A DNA stretch of 63,976 nucleotides, the filler included, from Raillietiella orientalis (taxonomy: Eukaryota), in NCBI GenBank assembly GCA_036172245.1. It is 17 parts of 17 records of this genome, joined end to end, with 100 filler letters (N's around TTAATTAATTAA, not from the genome) between each part and the next. Parts side by side here need not be neighbours in the genome. Positions count along the whole stretch, not along the records: positions 1 to 4,227 come from JAYWIR010000352.1; positions 4,328 to 8,536 come from JAYWIR010000353.1; positions 8,637 to 12,823 come from JAYWIR010000354.1; positions 12,924 to 17,000 come from JAYWIR010000355.1; 13 more parts are not named here. The stretch is one strand, 5' to 3'. The translations under genes and the position numbers were made by a program. The notes beneath the pieces are model-generated. The model was not told the origin of the DNA and ran no database searches. It saw only the letters and a list, made by a program, of their open reading frames with translations. Positions 1 to 12,974 of the stretch are shown here, piece by piece (the first letter of the stretch is position 1; the number at the start of each line of letters is the position of its first letter).

Positions 1-3000
1 ATCCACCTCGACAGGAAATCGCAAGGTGGTGCGGTTTCCCGGTAGATTGACCACGGGCTGCCAACGGATGCTTCGTGAAAAAGTGCAACTGTGCATTGTG
101 AAATCTGCTCACTTGGAATTGATTACAAAATAGCAAAAGATGTAAATTTATACCATACTGGGAATCAGATCGAATTAAAAAATTCACTTTTGAACTCCGA
201 CAGTGGTTGCCATCAAAACAACACATAGTGCAACGTGTCCCACCCTAATCAAATGTCGGACGTTTCTCAATCCACCTCTGAAACCAGGAAATCGGAAGGA
301 TGTGCGGTTATCCATGACGGTAGATTGCCTCGCACTGCCAACGTATGCTTCGTGAAAAAGCGCAACAGTGCAATGGTGAAATCTCCGTACTTCGAATTGA
401 TTACAAACCAGCAAAAGATGTAAATTTATACCATACCTTGAATCAGATCGAATTAAATAATTCACTTTTTAACTCCGAAAGTGGTTGCCATCAAAACAAC
501 ACGGAGTGCAAAGTGTCCCACCCTAATCAAATGTCGGACTTTTCTTAATCCACCTCTAAACGCAGGAAATCGCAAGGTAGTGTGGTGATCCTTGCCGGTA
601 GATTTCCACGCGCTGCCAACGGATGCTTCGTGAAGAAGCGCAAAAGTGCAATGGTGGAATCTCCCTTCTACGAATTGATTACAAACCACCAAAAGATGTA
701 AATTTATAGCATACCGTGAATCAGATCGAATTAAATAATTCACTTTTCAATTCCGAAAGTGGTTGCCATGACAATAAGACGGAGTGCAAAGTGACTCGCG
801 CTAATGAAATGTCGGACTGTTCTTCATCCACCTCTCAACGCAGGAAATTGCAAGGTAGTGTGGTGATCCATGCCGGTAGATTGCCTCGCCCTGCCAATGG
901 ATGCTTCATGAAGATGCGCAATAGTGCAATGGTGGAATCTCCTCACTTCGAATTGATTACAAACCAGCAAAAGATGTAAATTTATACCATACCGTGAATC
1001 AGATCGAATTAAAAAATTCACTTTTGAACTCCGACAGTGGTTGCCATCAAAACAACACGGAGTGCAACGTGTCCCACCCTAATCAAATGTCGGACTTTTC
1101 TCAATCCACCTCTGAAACCAGGAAATCGCAAGGTGGAGCGGTTATCCATGACGGTAGATTGCCTCGCACTGCCAACGTATGTTTCGTGAAAAAGCGCAAC
1201 AGTGCCATGGTGAAATCTCCTCACTTCGAATTGATTACAAACCAGCAAAAGATGTAAATTTGTACCACACAATGAATCAGATCGAATTAAAGAATTCAAT
1301 TTCTAATTCCGACAGTGGTTGCCATGAAAACAATACGGAATGCAAAGTGTCCCACCCTAATCAAATGTCGGACTTTTCTTAATCCACCTCTAAACGCAGG
1401 AAATCGCAAGGTAGTGTGGTGATCCATGCCGGTAGATTTCCACGCGCTGCCAACGGATGCTTCGTGAAGAAGCGCAAAAGGGCAATGGTGGAATCTCCGT
1501 AATTCGAATTGATTACAAACCAGCAAAAGATGTAAATTTGTACCATAAAATGAATCAGATCGAATTAAATAATTCACTTTCCAATTCCGATAGTGGTTGC
1601 CATGAAAACAACACGGCTTGCAAAGTGCCCCGCCCTTAATGAAATGTCGGACTGTTCTTCATCCACCTCTAAACGCAGGAAATCGCAAGGTAGTGTGGTG
1701 ATCCATGCCGGTAGATTTCCACGCGCTGCCAACGGATGCTTCGTGAAGAAGCGCAACAGTGCATGGTGAAATCTCCTCCCTTCGAATTGATTACAAACCA
1801 GCAAAAGATGTAAATTTATACCATACCGTGAATCAGATCGAATTAAATAATTCACATTTCAATTCCGACAGTGGTTGCCATGAAAACAACACGGAGTGCA
1901 AAGTGCCCCGCCCTAATGAAATGTCGGACTGTTCTTCATCCACCTCTAAACGCAGGAAATCGCAAGGTAGTGTGGTGATCCATGCCGGTAGATTTCCTCG
2001 CGCTGCCAACGGATGCTTCGTGAAGAAGCGCAAAAGTGCAATGGTGAAATCTCCGTACTTCGAATTGATTACAAACCAGCAAAAGATGTAAATTTATACC
2101 ATACCGTGAATCAGATCAAATTAAAAAAATTGACTTTTTAACTCCGACAGTGGTTGCCATGAAAACAACACGGAGTACAAAGTGCACCGCCCTAATGAAA
2201 TGTCGGACTTTTCTTAATCCACCTCTGAAACCAGGAAATCGCATGATGGTGCGGTGATCCATGACGGTAGATTGCCTCGCGCTGCCAACGGATGCTTCGT
2301 GAAAAAGTGCAACAGTGCATGGTGAAATCTCCGTACTACGAATTGATTACAAACCAGCAAAAGATGTAAATTTATACCATACCGTGAATCAGATCGAATT
2401 AAAAAATTCACTTTTTAACTCCGACAGTGGTTGCCATCAAAACAACACGGAGTGCAACGTGTCATACCCTAATCAAATGTCGGACTTTTCTTAATCCACC
2501 TCTGAAACCAGGAAATCGCATGATGGTGCGGTTTAATGACGGTAGATTGCCTCGCGCTGCCAACGGATGCTTCGTGAAAAAGTGCAGCAGTGCATGGTGA
2601 AATCTCCTCACTTCGAATTGATTACAAACCAGCAAAAGATGTAAATTTATACCATACCGTGAATCAGATCGAATTAAATAATTCACTTTCTAATTCCGAC
2701 AGTGGTTGCCATGAAAACAACACGGCGTGCAAAGTGCCCCGCCCTAATGAAATGTCGGACTGTTCTTCATCCACCTCTAAACGCAGGAAATCGCAAAGTA
2801 GTGTGGTGATCCGTGCCGGTAGATTTCCACGCGCTGCCAACGGATGCTTCGTGAAGAAGCGCAAAAGTGCAATGGTGAAATCTCCGTACTACGAATTGAT
2901 TACAAACCAGCAAAAGATGTAAATTTATACCATACCGTGAATCAGATCGAATTACATAATTCGCATTTCAATTCCGACAGTGGTTGCCATGAAAACAACA

Positions 3001-4227
3001 CGGCGTGCAAAGTGACTCGCCCTAATGAAATGTCGGACTGTTCTTCATCGACCTCTAAACGAAGGGAATTGCAACGTAGTGTGGTGATCCATGCCGGTAG
3101 ATTGCTTCGCACTGCCAACGGATGTTTCGTGAAAAAGCTCAAAAGTGCCAAGGTGAAATCTCCGTACTACGAATTGATTACAAAACAGCAAAAAATGTAA
3201 ATTAATACCATACCGTGAATCAGATCGAATTAAAAAATTCACTTTTTAACTCCGACAGTGGTTGCCATCAAAACAACACGGAGTGCAACGTGTCATACCC
3301 TAATCAAATGTCGGACTTTTCTTAATCCACCTCTGAAACCAGGAAATCGCATGATGGTGCGGTTTAATGACGGTAGATTGCCTCGCGCTGCCAACGGATG
3401 CTTCGTGAAAAAGTGCAGCAGTGCATGGTGAAATCTCCTCACTTCGAATTGATTACAAACCAGCAAAAGATGTAAATTTGTACCACACCATGAATCAGAT
3501 CGAATTAAATAATTCACTTTCTAATTCCGACAGTGGTTGCCAAGAAAAGAACACGGAGTGCAAAGTGTCCCACCCTAATCAAATGTCGGACTTTTCTTAA
3601 TCCACCTCTAAACGCAGGAAATCGCAAGGTAGTGTGGTGATCCTTGCCGGTAGATTTCCACGCGCTGCCAGCGGATGCTTCGTGAAGAAGCGCAAAAGGC
3701 CAATGGTGGAATCTCCGAACTACGAATTGATTACAAACCACCAAAAGATGTAAATTTATACCATATTGTGAATCTGATCGAATTAAATAATTCCCATTTC
3801 AATTCCGACAGTGGTTGCCATGAAAACAACACATCGTGAAAAGTGCCCCGCCCTAATGAAATGTCGGACTGTTCTTCATCCACCTCTAAACGCAGGAAAT
3901 CGCAAAGTAGTGTGGTGATCCGTGCCGGTAGATTTCCACGCGCTGCCAACGGATGCTTCGTGAAGAAGCGCAAAAGTGCAATGGTGAAATCTCCGTACTA
4001 CGAATTGATTACAAACCAGCAAAAGATGTAAATTTATACCATACCTTGAATCGGATCGAATTAAAAAATTCACTTTTTAACTCCGACAGTGGTTGCCATG
4101 AAAACAACACGGAGTACAAAGTGCACCGCTCTAATGAAATGTCGGAATTTTCTTAATCCACCTCTGAAACCAGGAAATCGCATGATGGTGCGGTGATCCA
4201 TGACAATAGATTGCCTCGCGCTGCCAA
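1..4227. repeat. Satellite DNA array, ~278 bp monomer, ~15 copies, trimeric (~831-834 bp) higher-order structure
   Basis: The motif TCCGACAGTGGTTGCCAT recurs every ~277-278 bp. Diagnostic variants (CACCTCTGAAACCAGG vs CACCTCTAAACGCAGG) and spurious ORFs recur at 831-834 bp offsets. Confidence 0.97.
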
Positions 4228-4327
4228 NNNNNNNNNNNNNNNNNNNNNNNNNNNNNNNNNNNNNNNNNNNNTTAATTAATTAANNNNNNNNNNNNNNNNN
4301 NNNNNNNNNNNNNNNNNNNNNNNNNNN
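4228..4327. other. Artificial contig linker (N44-TTAATTAATTAA-N44), repeated at all 16 gaps
   Basis: Identical 100-nt spacer with stops in all six frames; contig lengths fall monotonically from ~4.2 to ~3.5 kb. Confidence 0.97.
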
Positions 4328-7300
4328 GCTTCGTTGCAGCCAGAACCCTCCAAGGCTGGCAAGAAGGCCGTAAGGCGTCCGGCCTCCCCTCAGGAGTCCC
4401 CCACTTCCGACCCCGAGGTGGAGGGCTGAAGCGCAGCCTCGGTTTCCACGGCACCGCGGAAGAAGGCTGGACGTAAGTCCACAAAGCCAAGGAAGCTCGT
4501 CTCCCCCGTCGAAGGGGAAGAGATGGCTTCCGCAAGCGAGGGTGCCATGAGCGTGGGAAACTCTCGGGACCCGTCGCCCGAGAGACTCCTTAGCACGGAC
4601 ACGGAGGGGATGGAGGGGATGGAGGCCGAACAGGTGCCTCGGGTGCCTGAGAAGGCCGAAACCCCCATGGACATCCCGCCCTTCTCGCAAGAGGAGGGCT
4701 CCCCCACACCTTAATCTTCCTAGCAGTAATGCCGGGAATCTCCTCCCGCCGTCGTCTGCGCATCGCCGTTTGAAACGTGAACGGCATGACAGACGCCGGC
4801 AGGAGACGAGACATGGCCGCCCTTCTCGAGTCCTACGACCTTGCGCTGCTGCAGGAGATCCACGTGATCTCTGCAGAACAAGCACAAGTGATCGAACGGA
4901 TCTCCGGAGGGCGGCTATGGTAAACGTGTGGGAGAGCGAAAAGTTGTGGTGTCGCCTACCTGCTTCGGCCAGGCGTCGTGGCCGCGGTTCGGGGCGTACG
5001 GTTCGACGATCACGGTCGTGTCGGCCAGCTGACTCTCAGGTGGTCCGACTCGATCGATCTGATCGTCACGAACGTGTACGCACCGAGCGGCAAGGACCTG
5101 ATGAACAGGAGGGCGAGGAAAGAGTTTTTCCTTGCCCTCCGGCGAGACCGGATGACCGAAGCAGGCGTGCGGAATGCCCATCTGGTTGCAGGCGATTTCA
5201 ACGTTCGCCTGAAACCAGATGGGCAGAAACCCGAGCGTGACCTGGTCAACGAGGTGTGCATGGCGGTGCACACCTGGAATTTGTTGGCCAGTGCACCGGG
5301 GATGGAAGACAGCATTGACCACGTGTTTGTTGACGAGCACCTGTGCCCTCGCGTGGGCAGGCGCGGCAATTTACCGTGCGAGCTGTCCGACCATCGCCCG
5401 CTAGTCCTCGAGATCCATCCGCGCGACAGGGGCCCGCCCTCGTCAGCGTGTCGTCTCCCAGGGGACAGGCTGAAGCTCCCGGACGCGGCGGAACTTCTCC
5501 GCACGTTCATACGGAGCTTCAGGCTCCGAACACTCCAGGATTGGGACCGCTTCAAGCGGTCGGTCCAGGAGCTCTGCGACCAGTTCCCCCTGCATCGCCT
5601 ACCTGCGGGATTTGGGGAGGGGTCGCGTAACGAAAGGTGCTATCTTCAAACCCGACGTTACGCGAGAACCCCCGACATGCACAGGTTAGCAGAGTATCGA
5701 GCGAAAGCCGAGAGGCAAGCCTGGCAATCCGCGTCGGCCAGCTTGCTGGACGACCAGGGCCGGGAGCACTCGGTTCCCGCTCAGAAACGCGGGATAGTGA
5801 GGAAATTTTACTCCTCCCTGTACACCAGGGCGCCTCCGGAGCGAGACGTCTCACGACTTCTGCTTCCGGAAGGTGCTCCAGCGATCGGGGAGGAGGAGAA
5901 AAGAAGCCTCGACGAGCCTTTCACGATGGACGAGATCCTGTTGGCCATCGGAAAGCTCCAGAAACGCAAGGCCCCAGGGGAGGACGGCCTGCCCGCGGAG
6001 TTTTACCAAACTTTCGCGGCTGAGCTTACCTTCCTGGTACAGCAACTCACCTTGCTGATACGCAAAACAGGTGACGTTCCCGCCTCGTTTCGATCGGCAA
6101 AGGTGCGGCTCCTCCCTAAGGGAGGAGATCTGAGGAGCATGAACAACTGGCGTCCCATCACAATAGTGAATGCGGACGCCAAATTGATAGCCAAGATGTG
6201 GGCAGAGCGTCTGGGACGGGTTGCCAACATCTTCATCAGCCCGGAACAGACATATGCTGTTCCCGGGCGAAGCATGGAGGCGAACCTGTTCCACGCTTCC
6301 ACCTGGCTAGAGCTTCAACATGAAAGGAGCTTGGTGCGCAGCCGGAATTCCGGTGCGTGCGCTGGCAAGGGGTTGGCTGGTCCGGTGGGGGAGGGAGCCC
6401 TTGCGGTCGCAATAGACTTGCGAAAAGGATTCGATTGCGTCGAACAGAATCTCCTTCTGGAGCTTCTGGAACGCTTGGGCTTCCCGGCCTCATTAGTGGC
6501 CTATCTGCGCTCCTGCTGCCGCGACGCGCACATCAATGTTACTTTCAGCGGGCAGACCGTGCACGGCGTGCCGGTGCGGCGTGGGATCCGGCAGGGAGAC
6601 AGCCTGAGCCCCTTGCTCTTCAGTACCTACTTTGAGCTGGTACTGAGAGCGTACAGGGGAACTCTGGCGCACCTGCCGCACGATTGTGCCGGTACGCCGG
6701 CCGTTTCAGCGTACGCGGACTACCTTCTGCTGCTGCTCCCTATGTCCACCCCGGCTGCGGCGGTCGAGAAGTTCTTCGACCTGCTGCATCGGGGAACCGG
6801 ACTTACGGTGAACAGGGCGAAGTCGTCCGTGATGCCAGTTGGTGCGGCGTGGGCAGGGCAGCAGGACTAGGTTCGTTTGGGGATCCCCTCGGTGAGGTAC
6901 TTCAAGTACCTTGGTGTGCCGTTGGGGGACTATTTCCCTGCGGAAGCGTGGTCCGGCTGCCTCCAAAAAGTAGAGACGGTGATCGGCCCGTTCCGAGGCG
7001 GCAGGTTTTTCCTGCCTGAACGGGCCGCGGTTTGGAACATGTTCGCGGCTCCTCTCCCCCGTTCCCTGCTTTTCGTTTGCACCCCCACAGAGAGGATAAA
7101 AAAGCGGACGAAGGACCTTCTCCGTATCGCCCTTTGGGGCAATGGGAGGGCCCGAGTCCGCTTAAAGGACTTGTGAGCTCCTCGTCGGGATGGTGGTCTG
7201 GGCCTCCTGACGCTGGAGCGGCTGGAGCTTCAGCTCCAGTTCCGTTTCATGGCTATTGTGCCGGAGTTGTGGTGCACCTGCTGGTGCGTTCCTGCACGTC

Positions 7301-8527
7301 TCCTCCTTCAGCAAGCCACCGGCAAGACGGGACTGACGTCGTTTCTTGCACTCCGTCGCCGCGTCAACCGATGCGGACTCCAGCTACGGAGGGTGGCTGC
7401 GCTAGCAAGGAAAAATCAAGGATTGCTCACCTGTCTCCCCGCAAACGGTAGTGCCTGGTTGCAGGAAACCGTTCGCACCTGGAGACAGTTCGGCATGCAA
7501 CGCTCCCAACAGGAACGAAGGTTCCTGTTTGGGGGTTACAGAAGTTGCACGCTCCGCGAGATCCTGGAGGATCCAAAGAAGAGAGCGTGTGCAGGAAGAA
7601 CCCCCCTTGCTGCTGTGCTCGACTCCCTAGTGGAACATCAGGACAGCGATGTTGCGGCGAAGTGGGAGGTTTCAGTTACAATCTCCGGAAAGGAGAAGAA
7701 GATAGGAGAGTGGAAGACGGGCCAGTTAACAGACGCTGCGACCCCGAGTACGCCTCCCAATGGACTTCTGAGCTGGGGCGCGCTGCTCGACGTTCCCATT
7801 CAACGTTTGAAGTGGTCCCCGGTACTGATGAACACTTCCACCCTTCCCTTAAAATGGCAGGAGTCGGCTCTCCTGTTACAGCACTGGGGACTCCCCTGCA
7901 ACGCCCGCCGACACCACTGGACCTGGGGAGCGGTGGACCCCTATTGCGTCAGGTGTGGGGAACGGGAGTCCCTCCCCCACCTGCTAGTGGATTGTGTTGC
8001 CCTCCGGCCCCTCTGGTTTCGCTTTGCCGCGGCCATCGGAATCCCCTGCGGCAACCCCAGGGACGCACTGAAAGCCCTCTTCGTTGCCGACGCCCTTCTG
8101 CCAGCGGCCTCGTTAGCAGCTTTGTGCTGCCTACGCGGGATCGTCACCGCTTGGAGCAAGGCTACGGGAGAACAACGCGACCAGGGTGCCATCCAGCCAG
8201 CCTCCCAGTTCCAGAGGAGGGCATCCCGATGGCCCCACCTGGATCCAGGAATACAGAAGGAGCTTGCCGGCATCCTGCAAAGGATGCAACGGCCCCACCA
8301 GCAACTGTGATCCCTTCCCTTACCCTCCCAGTTTTTTCTTTTCTTTTTGTTTTGTTTTTGTTTTTCCCCCTTCCCCCTGCTGCCGTGGTGGACCGTACCG
8401 GTCTGCAAACCGGTGACCCGGGAGGCTCTGTGTTTCTTCGTGCGTGGCTGGAGCAATGTTCCAGCCACAGCACGTCTTTGTAAATGTTTATTTTACAATA
8501 AACGCCCCGGCGAAATCCGGGTGAAAA
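4328..8527 (+). mobile_element. Tx1/L1-clade non-LTR retrotransposon, family A (ORF1 3' end, complete decayed ORF2, 3' UTR)
   Basis: ORF1 tail ends at 4714 and ORF2 ATG is at 4729. T-rich 3' UTR, AATAAA 8497-8502, hairpin, terminus TGAAAA 8522-8527. Confidence 0.95.
4729..8310 (+). pseudogene. ORF2 APE endonuclease-reverse transcriptase-zinc finger, family A, with in-frame stops
   Basis: (W)NVNG, LQE, GDFN and SDH (APE); WRPITIVN, DLRKGFD, GIRQGDSLSP, YADY (mutated YADD) and KYLG (RT); CVRC...HLLVDC. Stops at 4771, 4921, 6868 and 7174. Confidence 0.95.
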
Positions 8528-8636
8528 TCGAACGCCNNNNNNNNNNNNNNNNNNNNNNNNNNNNNNNNNNNNNNNNNNNNTTAATTAATTAANNNNNNNN
8601 NNNNNNNNNNNNNNNNNNNNNNNNNNNNNNNNNNNN

Positions 8637-10875
8637 ACAGGTTGGCTCTTCGCTTCATGTTAAAGTCCACTCGAGTGTACTTCGCTGCTTCGTTGGCCGT
8701 TTTCCCCAGGATTTCCGTCCACAGCAGTTTCGACGCAGAGTCGTCGCCGATGTAGACTCCCAGGTACTTGGCCGTGTCCACCGTACGGAATCCACTCCCC
8801 GTTAGAGTGGAGAGGTTCAGGATTCCGACGGGCAAAAGCTGGCTCTTTTGGGAATTGATTTTCAAGCCCAGTCCCTGTTCCATCAGGTCCACCACATCCA
8901 GAAACGCACGCTGATTTTTCTCTCCCTTGATGAAGAAGAGGAGATCGTCGGCGTAAGCTAGATGGGTAAGGCGTTGACCCTCAATGGAAATCCATTGGAG
9001 GCGTCCGCTCTTCTCGTTGTAAGAAGACAACGCCTCCATGTAGATGACGAACAGCATCGGACTTAGCGAGTCGCCCTGCCGGACTCCCCGTTCCATCCTG
9101 ATTGCTGCCGTCTCTTGGCCGTTGATCTTGATCCGGCAGTACTGGTTCTGGAGTACCGCCCTCACGAAGTTGCTGAAGTGTTCCGGAAGCCCTAGCTTCT
9201 CCAGAACCTTCAGCAGCATCCCATGGTCGATGGAGTCGAAGGCCTTCTCCATGTCAGTGAACACCAGCACCAGGTTCTCGCCGACGTATCGACTGAGTCC
9301 AACAGTGGCCTGGGCACACTTGACATTGTCCGACATGTGTCGTCCTGGGACTGCACATGTCTGGACCGGAGAGATCAGCCTCGACATGACCTTGCCTAAG
9401 CGGTTGGACCAGATCTTCGCCAACCACTTGGCATCGGAGTTTAGGATCGAGATTGGCCTCCATTGGGCGATCTGGGTGAGGTCGCCTCCTTTTGGCAGCA
9501 ATCTCATCCGACTCTCGTAGAAGGACTGAGGTAGTCTGCCTTCTTCCCGGATGCAGAGGGTCAACTGGTGGAACAAGCGCAGGTAGGCGTGCAGGTACCG
9601 CTGATAGTGCGTGATGGGTACACTGTCAGGGCCCGCTGCCACGTCCTTGCGAAGTTGCCCAAACGCAGTCTTCACCTCTTCTTCGGAGAACTCCTCCTCC
9701 AGTCTGTTCCGCTGGAGGTCGTCGGTCCTCTTCTCGAGATAGCTCAAGAAGGCCTGTTGACTAGAGCGACACAGCTGTTGTCGCCTGAAGTGTTTCGTGT
9801 AATGCCTGTGAAAGGCATCCACGATGTCCTCAGACGACTGTCGCTTTTGGCCGTCGTACTGGATGCAGAAGATATCTGTTGCCAGATTCCTCTTCTCCAG
9901 CACGCCGACTTCCCCTTTCACGTTTTGGAAGACGTACCGGCTCTCGTACTGATCGAAGTACTTTGAGAGGGAGCGATCTTGGATGTTCAGCTCCTGGTAC
10001 GCTTTCTGCCTTATTCGATTACTAAAGTACTGCATGTTGAAAAACAGATGGATCCTGTGCTTCAACCTGTCCCAGTCGGCGACTCTGCGGATGATGGTGT
10101 CCCGCAGAATCGCCTTGATGACTTCCTGGTGACAGGGATGCGTTTCAAACCAGGCGGGCATGCAGATGAGCGCCGCCCTGGTGGCCTTTTCCTTCCGAGG
10201 ATTCTCTGTGCGGAGTGTAAACCGTACCCTTGGGTGATCGGACAACAGGTGTGGAATGTCCCGAAAACCCTGGATGCGGTTGTCTATCTCCGCGCTGTAG
10301 AGCACGTGATCGATCGGTTCGTGGCTAGCTGTTCGCCACAGAAGTCCGAAATCGTCGGACAACCGCCGATACGCCGCTCTTCCTCTTGCATCCTGAGAGT
10401 ACTTGATCTCGTCGAGGATGTTCAAGTCACCCGCGACGATGATGATGTCCTTCGGTGCCACTCGTTTGCGGAGTTCTTTGTGTAGTGCCTCCGCGCACCG
10501 ATGCTCCAACTTATGGGGCCCGTATACGTTCACCAAGAAGAGATGAACGTTGCTGGACCAGGACAGTCGCACGCCGATGATCCTACCAGGTACCGGACAG
10601 AAGGTTTCCAGAATGGTGTGGGCGAGCTCGTTTTCGATGAGGATCGCCACCCCCATGGTCTTCTTTTGTCCTTCGCTGGTGAACAGTTGCCCGTTTAACC
10701 GACGTTTCATCTCCAGGGCGTTCTGGTGCCCGAGATGGTGGGTTTCCTGAAGGCACACTACATCTTGTCTTGCGATGGTCCGCATGACACTTTTCCTTTT
10801 CCCCTGGTCCGTCAGTCCATCCACATTCCAGGAGGCGATGTTGATCCTCCTGGCACTGGACAGCGACGAGGCCAT
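8637..10875 (-). CDS. ORF2 APE endonuclease/reverse transcriptase, family G (open to contig end)
   Basis: IASWNVDG, CLQETH, AGDLN, SDH; WRPISILN, DMEKAFD, GVRQGDSLSP, YADD, KYLG. Confidence 0.92.
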
Positions 10876-10887
10876 GAAAGGGGGAGT

Positions 10888-12800
10888 CTACTTGCCAGTC
10901 TTTCTTGCTTTCCTCAACTTCTTCTGCTGGGGAGACCTTTGCAGTTTCCTCGTGGAAGAAGTGGGTTTCTCACTACTGGCATCGCTCTCGGTGCCGGTGT
11001 GATCAGTGGACTCGAATTCGTCCACAGAGCGTTTTGCCTCGGCGATCACCTTGCGCGGGAGGGTCTCCAAGGAAACCGTCGCACAGTAGACCGCCTTCAC
11101 ATCACTGAGCTGGGCCTCCAGCTTCTCCCGCTCTGGTTCCACAACCATGCGGTTGATGTCGTCCTGGGCCTCGCAGATGCGATTCAGGAGTTGCTCCTGC
11201 TGCGTCTCCGGTTGGCTCTGACGGACCTCCTCTGCCAGCTTGATTACCTCCTCGGTGAGTTGCAGGGAGTCCTGCGACTCCGGGGTGGGTTCCGGCATCT
11301 TCACCACTTCCTCTGTCACCTCCATCTTCTCGCCTTCCACTGCTGCATCCTCACGAGAAGGGGGTTGTTGCTCCCTCACGAGCATCTTCCTCTTCCCTTT
11401 TTCCCTATCTCGACGAACCCGTCCGCCGAGACCGGAGCTGCCTCCCTCACCTTCTTTTGTTTGGCTAGCTGAGGTTTGATCACCTCAGCTAGCACCCTTT
11501 CCCTCACGGGGGATTCTCCACGGATTGTCCGGTAGTTAGCAAACTCCGGACAACTCCATTTCGCATGCCCGGGTTGTTTGCAGAACGAGCAAACTTCGGG
11601 CATGGTGCAATTTCGGACCACGTGGCCCATCTTTCCGCACCGGAAACAGCGCGACCTAGGGCACGCGCCCATCCGGTGGCCAAAATTTTTGCAGCCGGTG
11701 CAAAAGATCGGCTGCTGCCTGTATCGAATTGAGACGTCCTGCGACGCCTCGTCGATATGCACGTTTCCGGGGATTTGCGCCCCCTCCTTTAATTTTATCT
11801 TGGCGATTAACTCGCCCGAGAAGATGTTTCCGGAGATGTTCTGGGTTTCATCTCCAGAACCTCTCCGTATTGGGACAGGAAGTCCCACACCGTTTGTCTC
11901 TCGGTGAGGATGCCAAGGATATTCACGAAGACGGTCGTGTAAGGCATCTCGCCGATGCCTTTTGCACCATCTTCTGATTTGATCCCTTTTCGATAAGGGC
12001 CTCCCGCAGCTCCTCGCAGTCTGTATATATGATAAATCCCGCTGAGTTCGGGATTATCGCTTGTAGACTGTCGAAGTCTAGGTTTGTTTTATAGAGGGCG
12101 CAGTACACCTCTCTCACGTTGTTAAACCAGATTAGGCCGGTTTTAAACGTTATTGGCTTGGACGCCGGGCTGAGTCGAACCATCGGCTCCTTTGTTCAAG
12201 TGATCTCACTCGCCGGATTTCCAAACACCCTATTCGGCTGGCTAGAGGCCTGCCCCGCCGTCACCGCTGCGTACGAAAAAGGCGGCTTCGCCACCGCCAA
12301 GCAAGATGGCGTCGCACCATGCACAGTGAGCGCCACGTGGACGCCCGCGGCTCTCGTCTGGGACGCCGCCGCCACCGCGGGCGCAACCCTCGTCGCTGCC
12401 GACGCCGCCGCGGGCGGCACCCTCGGCATCGCCGCCGCAGGCGCGACCTTTCCCGCCGCGGGCGCGATCCTCGGCGTCGCCGCCGCGGGCTCGGCCACCA
12501 TTGCCGTAGCCGTGGGCACGACCCTCGGCATCGCCGCCGTCAGCGCAGCAAAGCCCGCCGCGGGCGCGATGCTCGGCATCGCCGCCCCCACCTCGCCAGT
12601 GCCGCTGTTTACCTCCATGGCTTCCAGGGGGTCGACGGCTGCTCCACTCCTTGGATGTGCCTCCTTGCGGCTGCCGTTGCTGCCGCACTTTTTGGTTGGA
12701 GGACTTCCACCTCGGGTCCTTCGGCGCTGCTGCTGCTGTCGGGTATTTCCCTCGGTGGCACAGTCACTTCCACACTGATCTTCGGCAGGCACTTGCCCTG
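10888..12800 (-). pseudogene. ORF1 (gag-like, 3x CCHC) of family G, frameshifted; Ala-rich N-terminal repeats
   Basis: CTGCKNFGHRMGAC, CFRCGKMGHVVRNC and CSFCKQPGHAKWSC; split across ORFs 12196-12813, 11923-12183, 11376-11888 and 10888-11385. Confidence 0.85.
12362..12590 (-). repeat. ~36 bp GC-rich coding minisatellite (AAMPRVAPAA-like units) in family G ORF1
   Basis: Repeated GCCGCCGCGGGCGCG...CTCGGCATCGCCGCC units. Confidence 0.75.
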
Positions 12801-12923
12801 TGAGGGCACACAAAAATTGCCGCNNNNNNNNNNNNNNNNNNNNNNNNNNNNNNNNNNNNNNNNNNNNTTAATTAATTAANNNNNNNNNNNNNNNNNNNNN
12901 NNNNNNNNNNNNNNNNNNNNNNN

Positions 12924-12974
12924 GAGAGTTCTGCGAACAGTTCCCTGTGCAACGTCTTCCCCGGGGATTCGGCG
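12924..12974 (+). mobile_element. Host ORF2 fragment (EFCEQFPVQRLPRGFG) interrupted by an antisense family B insertion
   Basis: Translates as the conserved EN-RT linker seen intact at ~5575-5615, ~54595-54640 and ~56095-56140. Confidence 0.85.

Larger units (their letters stand above)
8637..12823 (-). mobile_element. Tx1/L1-clade non-LTR retrotransposon, family G (more distant family), truncated by contig ends
   Basis: ORF1 with three CCHC knuckles, followed 12 nt later by an APE-RT ORF2. Confidence 0.93.

Noticed and set aside
625..645. CENP-B-box-like CTTCGTGAAGAAGCG in the satellite
   Set aside because: Lacks the required TTCG-N4-A-N2-CGGG core.
184..4156. Periodic 60-118 aa ORFs in the satellites (also 48476-51844), and the possibility of a CRISPR array
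   Set aside because: By-products of the 277-278 bp monomer. The whole unit repeats, with no unique spacers and no cas genes.
4272..4283. Recurring palindrome TTAATTAATTAA
   Set aside because: Always centred in a 100-nt N spacer; it is an assembly linker, not biology.
5010..8483. Numerous antisense and alternative-frame ORFs overlapping the retrotransposon ORFs
   Set aside because: Expected shadows of GC-rich coding sequence; their boundaries are not conserved between copies.
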